Shown in pieces: positions 12,375 through 26,081 of a DNA stretch of 64,000 nucleotides (the stretch's first letter is position 1; each line of letters starts with the position of its first letter). Origin of the DNA: Heteronotia binoei (lineage: Eukaryota); contig NC_083233.1 of assembly GCF_032191835.1 (NCBI RefSeq), positions 34,968,001-35,032,000 of the forward strand, given 5' to 3'. The notes under the pieces were generated by a model. That model saw only the letters and a program-made list of their open reading frames with translations. It was not told where the DNA came from and did no database searches. A program made the position numbers and the translations under genes.

Positions 12375-15300
12375 GTAAGTATAGAACACCTAGGTAGGTC
12401 TAGAAGCTTTGTTGCCTGTGAAGTCACAGCAAACTTTCCAAAAGGATGAGCATGTCTTTTAATTGTCTATGTCTGTTCATTTGCATCTGCTTGTGTTGAA
12501 TGTTCTGTTTTCTTAGACACACACCCATTCACACTTCTGTGTTCATTGCTTACTGTCTCCAGTACAATGACTTAGATACGTGAAGTGAAGGGACTGTCAC
12601 CTATGTAACATCTTGGCTGGAACATCAGTATCTCCTTGGATCACCTCAAAAGCCATGCCTTTCAGTGGAGTCAGTTCACTTGCAGTTTGTGTGGGGCTGG
12701 TTCACAGGAATATGGACATTTCTGAGTTTTCCACACTTGGGGAGTGTACCCAGGATGATGAGGGGTGTCTGAATGGACTCCACTGGTACGCTTAAGCTGA
12801 AGTGGACATTCTTTGTGTGGTGTTAAATCTGTGATGGTTCATTTACACACTCAAGTGACCACTGAATGAGGCCATCATCCAGTTATGAACTTTCATGTAT
12901 GAACTGACCTACCAACTGTATTTCTCCCATGCTCCACTTGCCTTGTTGTTGTTTTCATCACCATATGCTAGAGAAGTGGATTCATCAGAATGCAGAAGGA
13001 GGGTGGGATTTTCCTCTTACAGGACTGATCCTGGCAGATTTAAGCCCCAGTCCTTTACCATCCCAGGATGTTCTAACCCAACTAAAGGAAATCTACTCTA
13101 GCTGGAAATCAATGGGATCCTCCTAAAATGTCCTGGCTTGGAAACTTGCCGCTGAACCAGCAGTGCAACAAAATGTCATGACAGGGATATCTCTTTTGAG
13201 TCAGCAGTCATTCACACCTGCATGTAGATCACTCAGTTTACCCAGTGTTTGATCATTTTCTGTGTGACCTGTCTGAGTCCACAGGGGGCAAAGTAAAAAA
13301 TTGCATCTACATTAATTAACCTGTGATGGCCTATTCATACATGCAACCCATCATCACTGAATTCTACAGCTGATGAGCAGTGAATGTATATGCGTCAGTC
13401 AGACCTATGCTGACACAATGAGTAGCACAGAATATGAAAAGCCGCCCTAAATTGTATTACAATAACAGACACTTGACTTGGTTCCTGTGTGCATCTACTG
13501 CACTTGATTCCTCTGCCCCGCTTACAGCATACTGGATGGCAACATTTGCACTGAATCCATGAAGAGCATTGTGGTTGAGGTGACATGAGACCATAGAAAT
13601 GTTCTGTCCGTATCTGTCATATCTATGATTTCTGCAGCTATCTACCCATGATGTGGCAAGCATCAGGTGATGTCCCAGCATGTATATGCTGCTTAGCTGC
13701 TAAACTTGTAGTACGATCACTGGGTCTTCATGCCAGCTCCTTTTGTTTAAGTGAAGTGACCAAAAACACACAGTGACTTGAGAAAGCTTTGTGCATGTGA
13801 GAAGATACCAATCCATTGCTGGGCTGTCTTGCGTATACTTGGACTAGCTGGGTTTTCACATCTTGTGGATTCTCTATATCCCTCATAGATGCGCTGTACT
13901 CTCCTTGCAATAGAGATATGCTTTGCAGCAAATATTTCCATTCTGGTATTATCAGGTCAAAATGATTTTGCTGCCATTCTTCAGGGCCACAGAGGAAACT
14001 CCCCAAAACATCTCTGTTCAATTCTCAGTAAAAAGGAAGGGCGAGCCCAACATTTGCTCCTCAAATATCAGTGTGTGCAGTCCTGATCCCAGGCTGCAAC
14101 AGGTAGCATATAGGGCAGCACTTGGTAGCTCAAATAATTTTAGATTCATTTGATCCATTACAATTTCTTAACAAGATGTGAGATTCTGGACAGTACATTC
14201 TGAGTGACAGAAAGATATCTTTGGTAGAGTATGTTCCTTATTTTAGCATGTTTTGACTAGCTTAAGGGTCAGTTCTCTGTTATGAACTGTCTCCGTTGAG
14301 GAGTGTTGTGTTTAAGTGCCAAGAAAAGCTCAGTCTTCAGACAGTGGCCTATTCTATCAGTGGAATAGTTTTCTAAGATGTGAACAGGCATTATGAACCA
14401 GGCTTGGAAGCAGTCATTCTCAACTGAGTAGGAGACCTGGGGTGTCATATGGTTTTCTGCTTTTCTTCATTGTGATCCTAGGAGGTAAGTTAGACAAATA
14501 AATTCCACACTTAGAACTTGCCTCTCTTCTGTTGGCGGCTCTTTTTCCTGGATTCTTCATTAGCATCCCTGGAGCAGGGCTGTGTGTTCCCTGTTTTCTC
14601 CCTGCCCTACACAAACTTGAGAGCTGAGAACGAGACCAGGACAAAGGCTAATGCGGAATCAGTCTGAGTGACTAGTCACCTGGTGAACTTCACAGCCAAG
14701 TAGGGATTTGAACCAGAGCTGTCCTAGTCCTCCATTCTAACTATTGCACCACACGGTGTCTGCATGTGTCCGGGGAATTCTGCTGTTTGTCATGATTATT
14801 TCTCTTCTTGAGAATCATTTAGATAATTCATTTTTAGTAGCAAATGATTCTCAAAGTGAAGAACAAGGCTTAAAACAAAATGCAACATAAAAGGCCATAA
14901 ATTCAGTCCACATAAAAGAGAGGAAATGAACCAGAATTATTGTCAGGTGGCGGCAAATTCAACAGAGTACATTAGCCACAGAGAGGCTATGTAGAGAGAT
15001 GATGTTATAATAATTATTTCTATCAAGTCACAACCAACTCATGGGGTTTTCATTGTAAGAGATGAGCAGAGATTATTTGCCACTGCCTTCCTCTGCATAG
15101 CATCCCAGGCGTCCTTGGTAGTCTGCTTAAAAGGGCAAGGATGCTGCTGGAGGAAGCAAGTGGCTTGCTGTCAGTCACCCTGCACACATCTGATGGACAG
15201 GTAGCCTCTAGGGACCTTGACTGCTCTGAGGTCCTATGCGTTTTAACCTAATTGGCACATGGTTCTGGTAGATGATGGATACAGGAGAATGATCGACATC

Positions 15301-16528
15301 TAAGATGTGCATGTATGTCTCCTGATTGCACTTTGTGACTGGCAGCTGTATGTGTGAATTTCACTGCCCCCCTTGAAAAGTATTGCATTTGAGTAAATGT
15401 TGGCTGCTATGCAAGTTCTATTCTGTGGTGATTCATTTTTGAAGACTCATTTGCATGTGCAAGTAATTGCTTTGATCAGCATGTTAAGAAAGGTTAGGAA
15501 ACATGAGTTAGGATCATCATCAGTATTATTATTATACCACTTTGAATGTGCAAAAAATTCTGTAGAAACCTTCTCTGAGGTTGCTTCCATGCTAGGATTC
15601 TTTTACACTGCTTAGCTGTTCCTCTTTTACAGTCAGCTGCATGCAGAATTAATATAGCATTACATTCCACATAAAATTCCAGAAATGTCTATCACACAGG
15701 CAAAATTCTACGCTACATATACTGGGAAATAGATTCCATTCAACAAAGACTCCAATTCTCTCTGCAACTGTTCGTTTAAATTGTCCCTTTTTTTACAGCA
15801 ATTCTGTTTCTCTGTTTAATTAGTAACTTCTTGATAACTCCTCCTGGCTGTAGGATTCCCACATTGATCCTTAACTATTAGTTTTTGGTCTTTGGAGAGG
15901 GTGGATGTTTTAATTACTGCTTTTCTTTAACAATTACTCATTTATTTTTTTGTGGATTCATAATGTCAAAAGGACTGGGCAGCAAACAAAACCCACTCAC
16001 CCTGTAAGGTTGCACACTCAGGGTGTGTCTTCAAAATAAGCTACTTTGGTAGCTGTAGCTGGCCTGGTCAGGCCAACGTACTAGATTCAGACTCTGGAGT
16101 GCAAGAACACATCAGAATATTATTAATACACCTTATTAAAATAATGTGTAGGAATGTACAAATGCAAGCACAGTGACAATGCTAAATAGTTAGTTCTAGA
16201 AACTAACAAAAGAATGTTTCTCTAATCCAGAAATTACTTAACAAGGCAGAGTCCAAGGTAGTTTCAAAGTCCAAAACCAACAGGAGATTTCAAAGTCCAA
16301 AACCAACATGAAGATTTTACCATAGCTTGAGTGCTAGCTTAACTCTTGTTCCTAGACCACCCCATTCAAAGTATCCACAAGCAAGGCCTTAGGTCAAAAA
16401 ACAAGAGTTAAGCTAGCACTCAAGCTATGGTAAAATCTCCAAATTACAGCTAAGTGTACTCAAACTAGAATGAAGCATCTTGCTTTATGCATCACAGCCT
16501 CCGACAGCATGATTCAGGCTAGCAAATC

Positions 16529-16686
16529 CAGGGCTTTTTTTCCTGGGGGAACACAGCTTGGAATCTCTTTGTGGAAAGAAATTTCTCAAAAAATAAGTTT
16601 AAAAGTTCATGAGGGGCACCCATGTTTTCCTCCTTTATTTCCCTCTAGAAAGTTCCAGCACCTCTTTTTCCAGAAAAAAAGCCCTG
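16529..16686. mobile_element. hAT MITE
   Basis: TIRs CAGGGCTTTTTTT...AAAAAAAGCCCTG. Perfect 8-bp TSD AGCAAATC (16521-16528 / 16687-16694). Confidence 0.88.
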
Positions 16687-18251
16687 AGCAAATCAAAAGA
16701 AAGCCCAATGATGTAACCCAGTTGACCATTGGTGTTGCCAACCAGGTGAAATAACCAATCAGGTGAGATTGCCAATTGGTATCTGGCGTTTTATGGTTAC
16801 ATGAAATCTAATTAACAAACTGCCATAAATCTTTGTGTTAAGTGATAGAACCTGCAGGCAGAATGGCCTTGAAATATTTCGGTCTGATCATACTTCTTCG
16901 GTCTGATCGTACTTGCACCTGTGAACGGACTCCCATCTACGCTTATCTCTCTCTCTCTCTCTCTGAGTCACTGTTAGTTTGGCTTTAATGTTCAGACCGC
17001 AGAAATTTTCCATGTTTTGCAGGGCTTCAGCTTGAACAAGAGATTATGAAGAGGCCTACTTAATGTTATTTTTAATCCTGTTGAAAGAAGTGCTGAGAAC
17101 TGATAATTAATTCAGGAATTCTGGGTCCACCAAAAGTAAGCAGGAAATAACTGAATAGATAAGGAAACCAGGTCTGAAATAAATCAGCAAAGTTTAAAGG
17201 TCAGTAGCCATAAGAATATTCAATATTGTTTTGTAGTTGCAAAAAATTACCCTAAACCAAGTTTGAAGAAAGGTGGGAGGACAGTAAGGATAGCACTGAA
17301 ATTAATCCATTTGGGAGCAGGACTATCTAGATTCTCTGTAAAAACCAAATGCAACAAACTATGACTGTTTCAGACCAAAAGAGAAGTGTGGAAGCAACTT
17401 CATTTGCAGCCTGACCCTGTCCTCTCTTGCAACTTGTCATTGCTAGAGCAGAGCATCACAATATGTACAGTGCCATATTGTGCCAGGCAAACATCTAACT
17501 CTACCCTGCTTTCCTCCAAAAGTATAAAGCGAAGCTGAACCTGTTGTGGAAACTCTTAGCTGGCTCAAGCCTGTGTTGGCATAGCTGCATGTGCCAGCTG
17601 ATTTTTGCCTTCCTTGGTGTTTTTTGTTTGTTTGTTGAAGCAATGTGCATTGGTGCTCCTAGATAACATAAGGGCTTTCTTTGCTGCTTTAGGTGCAGGT
17701 GATAGGGCATACTTCCAACACTAGAACTGAGTTTCCATCAGAGTACAGTCCTATGCTGTGCTGTATCGAGCAGGAATCAACTGTTAGTCCCACGGCTGTC
17801 ATGAAAGATGCCAAGTACATTTATATGTATTAACAGTGGGATTCTGGAGATGAACGCCCAGGTCAAAGTTAAAATTCTCTAATTTGCCTTTGGCTCAGTT
17901 GGCAGCTTTGCTTTCAGGTGGCTTGAGCTACTCAGATTAGTGCTGAAGCTGTCAGCCTGTAATAACAACACATTCATTCACTGCCTAATTTGTAAATGAT
18001 GCTGTCATAACATGCTGGCAGTAATGTCCACCTATAAAAAACTGAAATGCTATTACAATCCCTTGGTGATCCAGTTATTAATTTTAGAAATATTCTTTAC
18101 TTGGAATTTTAAAGGTTTCTAAGTTGAAGTGTTGGAATAGCACTGTGTATTTTTTTAAAAAAAAAAGTCTTGCTTGTAATCTTTTCTCTGTGCTAAACAA
18201 CTAAGATGGGGTCAGTTGTAACACTGAACATTGCAAATTGTTGCCTTTCAG

Positions 18252-18314
18252 CTTGGCTTGGGCTCGTTTCTTGGAATTATTGGATCGAATTTGATAGAAA
18301 ATAAAAGGCAAATG
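18252..18314 (+). CDS. TMEM255A: TMEM255A coding exon 3 (63 nt)
   Basis: tttcag| LGLGSFLGIIGSNLIENKRQM |gtaagt. Not in the ORF track; read directly from the sequence. Confidence 0.96.
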
Positions 18315-19825
18315 GTAAGTTGAATGGTTGCAAAGGTATTTGTTTTGTTAATTTACCAGCAAGCAGCTAAGGAGTTGCGGTGAGCTCCTTTATACAGTCA
18401 CAGAAACCCCTATGTCTCTTCCATGTTTTTTTCCCCAGTGACCTTGAGCCTCTGAGTGGAAGGCATGAAACCTTTTTGGTGTGCTTATCTTCTGCAGCCA
18501 CATAGAAAACAATAAGGGAGACTTTACTGTTTCCTAGGATTTCTGATCATGTACAGAAGTATGGCAAAATTATCCTCTTTTGGCAGGACGGAATAGGCAA
18601 CTGGCTTACCAAGTAGGCTTTCTACACACAGTTGTTAATTTGCTGTTTAGAAAATGGGTGTCTGTATTCAGCCATGATTACCTCCTATATCTGCTCTACC
18701 ACTTCTTTGCAGCATGGAATGCAGCCGGATAATATCGCTCCCAGGTGGTTCCCTATTTCAAACATTCCTAGAACACCCTAAGAATCAGCCCAGACTCATC
18801 TCTTGAAAATATTCCCGTGGCAGCCTAGAAGCTGGTTTATGATAAGTTAGAGCAAGGGCATGCTGCATTAGTACTAGGATCGTATTACGGCCATCCAAAA
18901 TTCCACTCATGCCCCTTCTAAAGTGACGGCATGACTTCAGGTTGACCCGTGTGCATGTTTTTAAAGTTCTAGTTAAGCAAAGAACAATTCAGAATACAGT
19001 AGACCTGTGGGTTGCAAACTGTGTTATGGGAACACAGTGGTTCTTTGGGAATGTGTCTTAAGGTGGCTGAGCAGGAAAATTTGTGATGGGAAAAGAAGGC
19101 CTGTTACCAGCCTCAACAGAAAGCTTAGTTATGCCAGTGATTCCCTAGTGTGCCAGCTTGTCCTGGTGCCTGTTTGTTTGCTTCTTTCCCCAAAGCAAAA
19201 AGCCAGGTCTGGTTTTCCTTTACTTCATAGGAGCAGAAGGTGCTTCAAATAACCTAGGAGGCATCACTTTTGTGTCTGCAGGGAGCACCCATTCAGAAAC
19301 AGCTGCCTGTGTTATAGGAAAATTTCCAGTGAATTAGAATGAGATTTATTCTAATATGTCCATTACCATTTTTTGTCAGCTGAGGACCAGCAAATACCTT
19401 GGAACACACAGCCAAGTGTACTGAGCAACGCTTCAGGCCTTCAGACAGAGATTCCCACTGGGCTCCTCTCATTTCATCCAGATCTAGCTCAGATGTCATA
19501 GGAAAGTCTATCATATTGCCTACCCAGTTCCATGAGCCCTCAGGGTAACCAGAGTTCCCAGAAACCAGTCACCCCCTTCTTAGCAGCTCTGAAGATAGCT
19601 GGGCAGTAATTGGGCAGGTAGTAGTCAAAAAGACAACTGGTAGTCTAGCAATGCGGAAGGATAACCCAGTGGCTTTGGCAGTGATTTATTTCCCTGCCTG
19701 AGAGAATGCCACAGATCTGAGAGCTGTATATCACTTAGCAGCATGGGATAGTCTTTCTGGTATCAACTGATTCTCCAGACAAAGAGGATTCTGAGCTGCA
19801 GTGACAGCATCCTAAATTGAACTGA

Positions 19826-20000
19826 GAGTCCACAGTGGTAGAGCATCTGCTTGGCATGCAGAAGGTTCCAGGTTCAATCCCCAGCACTTCCAGCTAAGAA
19901 TCAAGTAGCAGGTAACATGAAAGACCTTTGCCTGAGACACTGCCAGTCTGAGCAGACATACTAACCTGGTCTGATTCAGTATAAGGCAGCTTCATGTGGT
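19826..20000 (+). mobile_element. tRNA-derived SINE, second family
   Basis: Head agtggtagagcatctgc...ggttcaatccc. Related minus-strand copies at ~28590-28735 and 42899-43072. Confidence 0.7.
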
Positions 20001-21492
20001 CATGTGAGAGCACTCTCCATGAACTGCCTTCAGTTGCATCCTCTGTCTTGTAGCTCCAATGCTGTAAGGAACTGGTCCCGGATCCTCAGGGCTAATGGTT
20101 CAAGACCCTGTGTGCCTGAATAATTGTAGCTCCCCCATGTAGGGATCAATATTGTAAAGATGATAGTCTCTTCCATGCTTTGCAAATCTGAATAGCCTGA
20201 TTGCCAATCTGGGGTCTTCTTACTTTTCAGGAGACAAACACTTGTGGTTGGCATGGTTGATACTTCCCTGGACTAGCTTAACCATCAGTCCATTCCAAAA
20301 TCGCCACTTACAGTCATGCCTTTCATAGGGAGATGGTTTTGCTATGCTCTGACAGGGAAAGGACAGAATTTTGATGGCAGAAGTGATTTCCTGAAGATAT
20401 GACAAACAAAGCCAGAAATTATTTTTAAAATATTATTTATATCTGAAGGCCCTGAAGCTTTGTTCAACTTTGTATTTAAATATTGGTGGGACACAGCAGG
20501 ATTCAGAGTGTCAGATTCCTTATCATTAATCTGTACACAGAATATATTTACATTTTTTTTTCTTTGATAAGCTTTTTTTTAACCTCAGGAATATCAAAGG
20601 GCAGGAGCAACAGCTTGCTATGAAATGCAACTGCAGTTAAATAGAAATTGGCTTTTAAAAAGGAATCTTGAGCTCATGCATTCATATTTCCATTCTCTCA
20701 TAGTTTTAAAAGCTACATCACTAGTCCTTATGATTGTGGAGATGCTTTTGTTCCCCCCCCTCCCCCAGTCCAGGCTAAGTAATTCCTACAGTCAGACAAG
20801 ATTCTGGGTATGATTTCCACTGGTCATTTTTACTGTTCTCAGTCCCTAATCCCTTTCCTTCATAAATTTATACCTTCTTCTCACCCTTCCTGTGCACAAG
20901 TTTTCACTTAAGGTCCAGTAGGAAACCTAATATGAATTAGCAGCACTAGAAGAATGAGGAGGAGAAAGGGAAAAAGCAACATAGTTCTGTGACACAGCAC
21001 ATATTCAGAGCTCTGCTTTCTTCAGTTGCAAATGTGAACCAATAATAAGCAAAATGAATGGAATGAATATGATCATAGTCGGAACATGGATGGAACTGGA
21101 TGCAGCTAAGTGCCTGCTTCAGATGGAGTGTACATTCCCATTGCAGTGGAGCCCATGTGTCAAGTGCAGAAACTCTTGGGTTCCTTCCCACCCACCCCCC
21201 ATGTAACAAGCCTCAGAAAAACCTTGGAGAACTGTTGCCAGTCACAGTAATAAATCATTTTGGACTGGATGGATCAATGGTCTGGTTCTGTATCGGGCAA
21301 CTGTATATTTTTGTGAGGTTTTTGTGCATAAACATAACTTGGGGCAGCTTTGAAGAAGCAGATGCTTTATAAAAGCTACTGAATAGCAGATGTTGTTTTA
21401 ATAAACCTGCTCCTTCTGTGGGTGAGTGTTTCAGCTCACAGTTTTGTATTGAAGCAGATGATTACATATATGTAGCTTTATCTTTTCCACAG

Positions 21493-21582
21493 CTGGTGGC
21501 ATCCATAGTGTTCATCAGCTTTGGAGTCCTGGCTGCTTTCTGCTGCGCCATTGTTGATGGTGTCTTTGCTGCCAGACACATT
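21493..21582 (+). CDS. TMEM255A: TMEM255A coding exon 4 (90 nt)
   Basis: ccacag| [30 protein letters not shown] |gtaagt. Confidence 0.97.
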
Positions 21583-21876
21583 GTAAGTATTGTCCACATA
21601 GCTCTGCATGCCAGTCCCCTTGTTCCCTCTTAACCTGTCGACAGCAATGTGAGCGTGTGCACCATGATCCCACAAGAGTGCAGAAAAGATGCAGGTAGTG
21701 TTATTAAGCGTACAGTCCAGTTTCTGGAGCGTCTTGGTTGTTCTTGTAAAGGAAAGAAGAATCAAGTTTCTCATTCACATGGTTCTGAAAACGTGCTTGC
21801 TTTCATGTTGGCAGTGCCTGGTGAAACCCCAGATGTTGGACAGGAAGCAGAATAAGGCCTGATCTATGCAAGCAGC

Positions 21877-22402
21877 TAGGAGTGCCAATCCCCAGGTGGG
21901 GGGCAGGGGATACCTTGGTTTGGAGGCCCTTCCCCCCACTTCAGGGTCACCAGAAAGCAGGGATGGGAGGGAAATGTCTGCTGGGCACGCCATTATTCCC
22001 TATGGAGACCAATTCTCATAGGGTATAATAGAAAATTGATCTGCAGGTATCTGGGGCTCTGGGGCGGCTGTTGTTTGAGGTAGAGGCACCAAATTTTGAG
22101 CATAGCATTCAGTACCTCTCCCTCGAGTACCCTCCAAGTTTCAAAAGGATTGGACAAGGGGGTCCAATTCTATGAGCCCCAAAAGTAGGTGCCCCTATCC
22201 TTCATTATTTCCAATGGCGGGAAGGCATTTAAAAGGTGTGCGGTCCCTTTAAATGTGATGACCAGAACTCCCTTTGGAGTTCAATTATGCTTGTCACAAC
22301 CTTGCTCCTGGCTCAACCCCCAATGTCTCCTGGCTCCACCCCCAAAGTCTCCTGGCTCCAGGATATTCCCAGATTTTTCTTGAATTTGACTTGGCAACCC
22401 TA
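21877..22402. mobile_element. hAT (TAGGGTTGCCA-terminus) non-autonomous element
   Basis: Termini taggagtgccaa...ttggcaacccta. Reverse complement of the copy at 40448-40933. TSD not clean. Confidence 0.8.
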
Positions 22403-22975
22403 AAAAGAAGCAGCATTTCAAGCCCTTTCAGGCCAGGTCCCACACTGAGGGTCTAACTGGACATTACACTGTTTATGGGTCTGCCCTGTTGAGCAGACAT
22501 GCTGGAAGTCCCATGCTTGTAATTTTCTTCCCAGTCATGTGGGACTCTCATTCAAACTGGGATTGTGGTTTATAGGGAGAAGACTGGGAGGCTCACCACC
22601 AACACACTATTTTCCTGACCCAAGACAAATCCCAAGGAAGCTACTGTTTGCCTCGTTGGGGAAGTCAACATGTACTGATGGGTCACACAAGTCTCCCCAA
22701 AGAGACAGATAGCTCCTTGGGGTCATATTAGGTCATGAAAGTGGTGCAGGAAAAAGGGTGAAGACTGCCCCGTGGGGAATGCTGCTGGCCCAATTCTGAT
22801 CAGGCCCCCATGCACCTGAGAGTTACTTTTCAAAAATTATTGGGGGCTCTAAGGTCTCAACTCTCAGCATGTCTTTGGTTTGACCAGTCCCAAGGCAGAC
22901 ATGGGTCAGGCCTGTAATCCGTACCATGTAGTTGAGCCCTGAAAGAGTGCTCTTGATACTGAAAATGTCAAAGTA

Positions 22976-23172
22976 CAGGGCTTTTTTTGAGCAGGAATGC
23001 ACAGGAATGCAGTTCTAGCTGGCTTGGTATCAGGGGTGTGGCCTAATATACAAATAAGTTCCTGCTTTTTTTTCCTACAGAAAAGCCCTGTGTGAAACAA
23101 TGGTGATGTCAGGGGTGTGGCCTAATATGCAAATGAATCCCTGCTGGGCTTTTTCTACAAAAAAAAGCCCTG
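22976..23172. mobile_element. hAT MITE
   Basis: TIRs CAGGGCTTTTTTTG...CAAAAAAAGCCCTG. TSD TCAAAGTA/CCAAAGTA (7/8). Confidence 0.87.
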
Positions 23173-23317
23173 CCAAAGTATATTGTAGCCATTTTGTTTA
23201 ATGCAAAACTACATAAGCGTGGGCAGTGAGGCTGTTACTGTGGTTCACCAGAGGAGAGAGACGAGAGTATTTTAGGAATCAGAAAGGTGGTCCTTCAGCA
23301 GTGGATTATACATAATA

Positions 23318-23960
23318 GCATGAGATTAGACCAGTAGCCCATCTGGTCCAGCACTGTGGCCTACCAGTTGCCCAGGAGGACCAACAAACTGGACACAGAG
23401 GCCATCACCTCTCCTTTATGTTGTATCCTAGCACCAGAAGTTCAGAGATTGGCATCAGTTACTACAGCCAGTAGCCACTAATGGACCTATCCTACATGAA
23501 TCTGTGTAATCCCCTTCTATTCTTGTGGCCAGCATCACTACATCCACTGGCATAGAATTCCACAATGTAATTACTTGTTGAATGAGGAAATACTTCCTTT
23601 AGCTTAAAAAATTGTTTGTATTTTTGTTTGAACGGACTTTTAAAATGTTAGAACCAGTTCGGGTCTCCAGAGCAGCATCTGTATTGTTCTTAATTTGTTT
23701 TTAATTCTTTGTACATTTTAAATTTGATGTCTTTATGGTTGTTTTTCTTGGAAGCTATCTCAGATCTTTTGAAAGAGAAGCAGAATAGAAACATTTTCAG
23801 CCTGTCAGTAAAACAAAAATTCCTTTTTGTCTATCCTGAAGCTACTGCCCATTAACTGCATTGGGTGCTCCCTGCCAATTCGAATACTATTCACTACAAA
23901 AGAACTATGGCATAGTGAGAAAAAGTTGTCTTTATCCATTTTCTCCCCTCCCTCCCACAT
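23318..23960 (-). mobile_element. Degraded CR1 3' fragment, interrupted at ~23600-23800
   Basis: Antisense similarity to CR1 ORF2 end and 3' UTR (gtagccactaatggacct..., tgtggccagcatcactacatcc..ggca.agaattccaca). Confidence 0.65.
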
Positions 23961-24085
23961 AGTTTGGTAAATGTATCCCCCCTTAGTTGTCTTTTCTCTT
24001 CATGTGAAAATGCTCAGTAGCAAGACTTATATCCTAAGTTTTAGGTAGATAAGTGGGTATTTTTCATATTACATGTTGCTTTATG

Positions 24086-24222
24086 CAGGGGTGGCCAATG
24101 GTAGCTCTCCAGATGTTTTTTTGTCTACAACTCCCATCAGCCCCAGCCAGCATGGCCAATGGCTGGGGCTGATGGGAGTTGTAGGCAAAACACATCTGGA
24201 GAGTTACCGTTGGCCACCCCTG
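24086..24222. mobile_element. Palindromic hAT MITE (137 bp)
   Basis: 63-nt arms with 4 mismatches, TIR CAGGGGTGGCCAA. Flanks CTTTAT-G / CTTTATAG. Confidence 0.85.
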
Positions 24223-25057
24223 CTTTATAGAATACCATAAGCCAAATATGCAAGTTGTAAACAGGCCTCTTTCCAAGGAGCATATATACTAAATGGACAG
24301 TAGAGAGAGAACAAAGAAAGGGATAGGACAGTTGAGGGCTTTCTGCCCTTATTTCCTTATTGCATCCTACCAAGCCAGGTTACCCTCGGCTAAAGATCTC
24401 CTGATCTCATACACAACTGTATCCAGTCTCCTTGATGCCCCTGATGTCTGGTGTTCCTACCTGAGGGTACCTCTCTCTCGTTGCTTCAGATCAAAGCTCG
24501 GATCTTCCATCATTTTTATTTTGTTTTAACATCCTCTCCCAATCTCCCCTTGTAGCCTTCTGCAGACAGAGTTCTCCTTGGGGCATATTGGACATAACGT
24601 ATTTATAATATAGTGGGTTCTATGCATGGAGGAGTCGCCAGTTGCGTGATCATAAGCTCTTTAATAGACATGCTATAGGATAGGGCTACATTACAAGACT
24701 GGGAATGGGGCCTACTGGCCCAACTTATATACATCTCTGGATTCCTGCACTAGCACATCATTGGGTCATTCAAACCGGTGGGGGCTTGTGATTGGTCTAG
24801 GACTGCAGAGATTTAGATCCTACAGCCCTTTGTTCCCAAGTTCCCAAGCTCAGTCCGTATGGCTCCAATGAGCCCGGCAAGCACACCCAAAGTCTTCACT
24901 TGAGTCCACATACATAACAGTATTGCATTCTAATTTCTCGTTTTGCCACATAACTTGCTTTGAGATTGGTATTCAATCTCAGACTCAACCTAGTCTACCT
25001 TGTGGAGTTGTTGTGAGGATGAAAGGGGCTAACAGCACTACTCTGCACTGCTTAGCA

Positions 25058-25399
25058 CAGGGGTCCTCAAACTTTTTAAATAGGGGTCAGTCCACTGTCC
25101 CTCAGACTGTTGGAGGGCCGGACTGCCATTACTGTACAAGGCCGCGGGCCGTCAGTTCTCCATCTTCTGCATCTCTCTCCCTTCCCCACACCACACACCC
25201 CAGCCTGGGAACTCACCTCACCTCGGTATCACCTCACACTCTGTCTCCGCCGCCTCAGCCCAGTGCCGGAAGTGTGCGTTGCTAACGTGAGTTTAGGTCG
25301 AACGTCACTTCCGGTCTGATTTTGCCATAACCCGGCGGGCTGCATAAACGTCCTCAGCGGGCCGCATCTGGCCCGCCGGCCATAGTTTGAGGACCCCTG
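25058..25399. mobile_element. hAT-Charlie-type non-autonomous transposon (342 bp)
   Basis: TIRs CAGGGGTCCTCAAACT...AGTTTGAGGACCCCTG. Perfect 8-bp TSD GCTTAGCA (25050-25057 / 25400-25407). Confidence 0.92.
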
Positions 25400-25548
25400 G
25401 CTTAGCAGAAGAGATACAAATGTAATGCACGAAAATAAAAACCTTTCCTCTGCAGTAAAGTCAAAATATTTGTCACTGCATATATCTTATAAGTCCTGAT
25501 GGACATTTATATGCTGGTGATGGTCATGAGTGCATGGCTGGACATTAG

Positions 25549-25827
25549 AAAAAGAAGAAGAGAAGAGACTAGATTTACACCCTGCCCTTTACTACTCAAA
25601 GGAGTCTCAGAGCAGCTTACAATCTCCCTTCCCTTCCTTTCCGCACAACAGACACCCTGTGAGGTAGGTGGACTTGCGAGAGCTCTTCCAGAACTGCTTT
25701 TAAGCAGAACAGCTCTGTGAGAGCTTCTGACTGACTCAAGATCATATCAGCAGGTGTGTGTGGAGGGGTGGGGAATCAAACCTGGTTCTCCCAGGTAAGA
25801 GTCTGTGCTATGCCAAACTGGCTCTCT
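25549..25827 (-). mobile_element. tRNA-derived SINE (Squam3-like)
   Basis: Reverse complement of the 10497-10762 family with (TTC)n tail. Confidence 0.82.
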
Positions 25828-26018
25828 ATTGATGATTGGCAGTTCCAGTGAGGCTTTCTTTTTGTGCTTCCTTACAGCATGGGGAAAGAAGTGTGAAAAT
25901 ATAGTCTTTCAAGCAACTGTCCAATGGAGTAATATACGTATTACAGGCTGGAACTGCTTTTTCCTCACCATTTTGGAGGTAAAACCAACCCAGTATTATT
26001 TTCTGTTTCTTTTTACAG

Positions 26019-26081
26019 GACCTTAGGCCACTGTATGCTGGACGATGCCACTACTTTTCGAAAAGCACAGCCCCGCCAGAG
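26019..26081 (+). CDS. TMEM255A: TMEM255A coding exon 5 (63 nt)
   Basis: ttacag| DLRPLYAGRCHYFSKSTAPPE |gtgagt. Recalled human counterpart DLKPLYANRCHYVPK. Confidence 0.93.
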
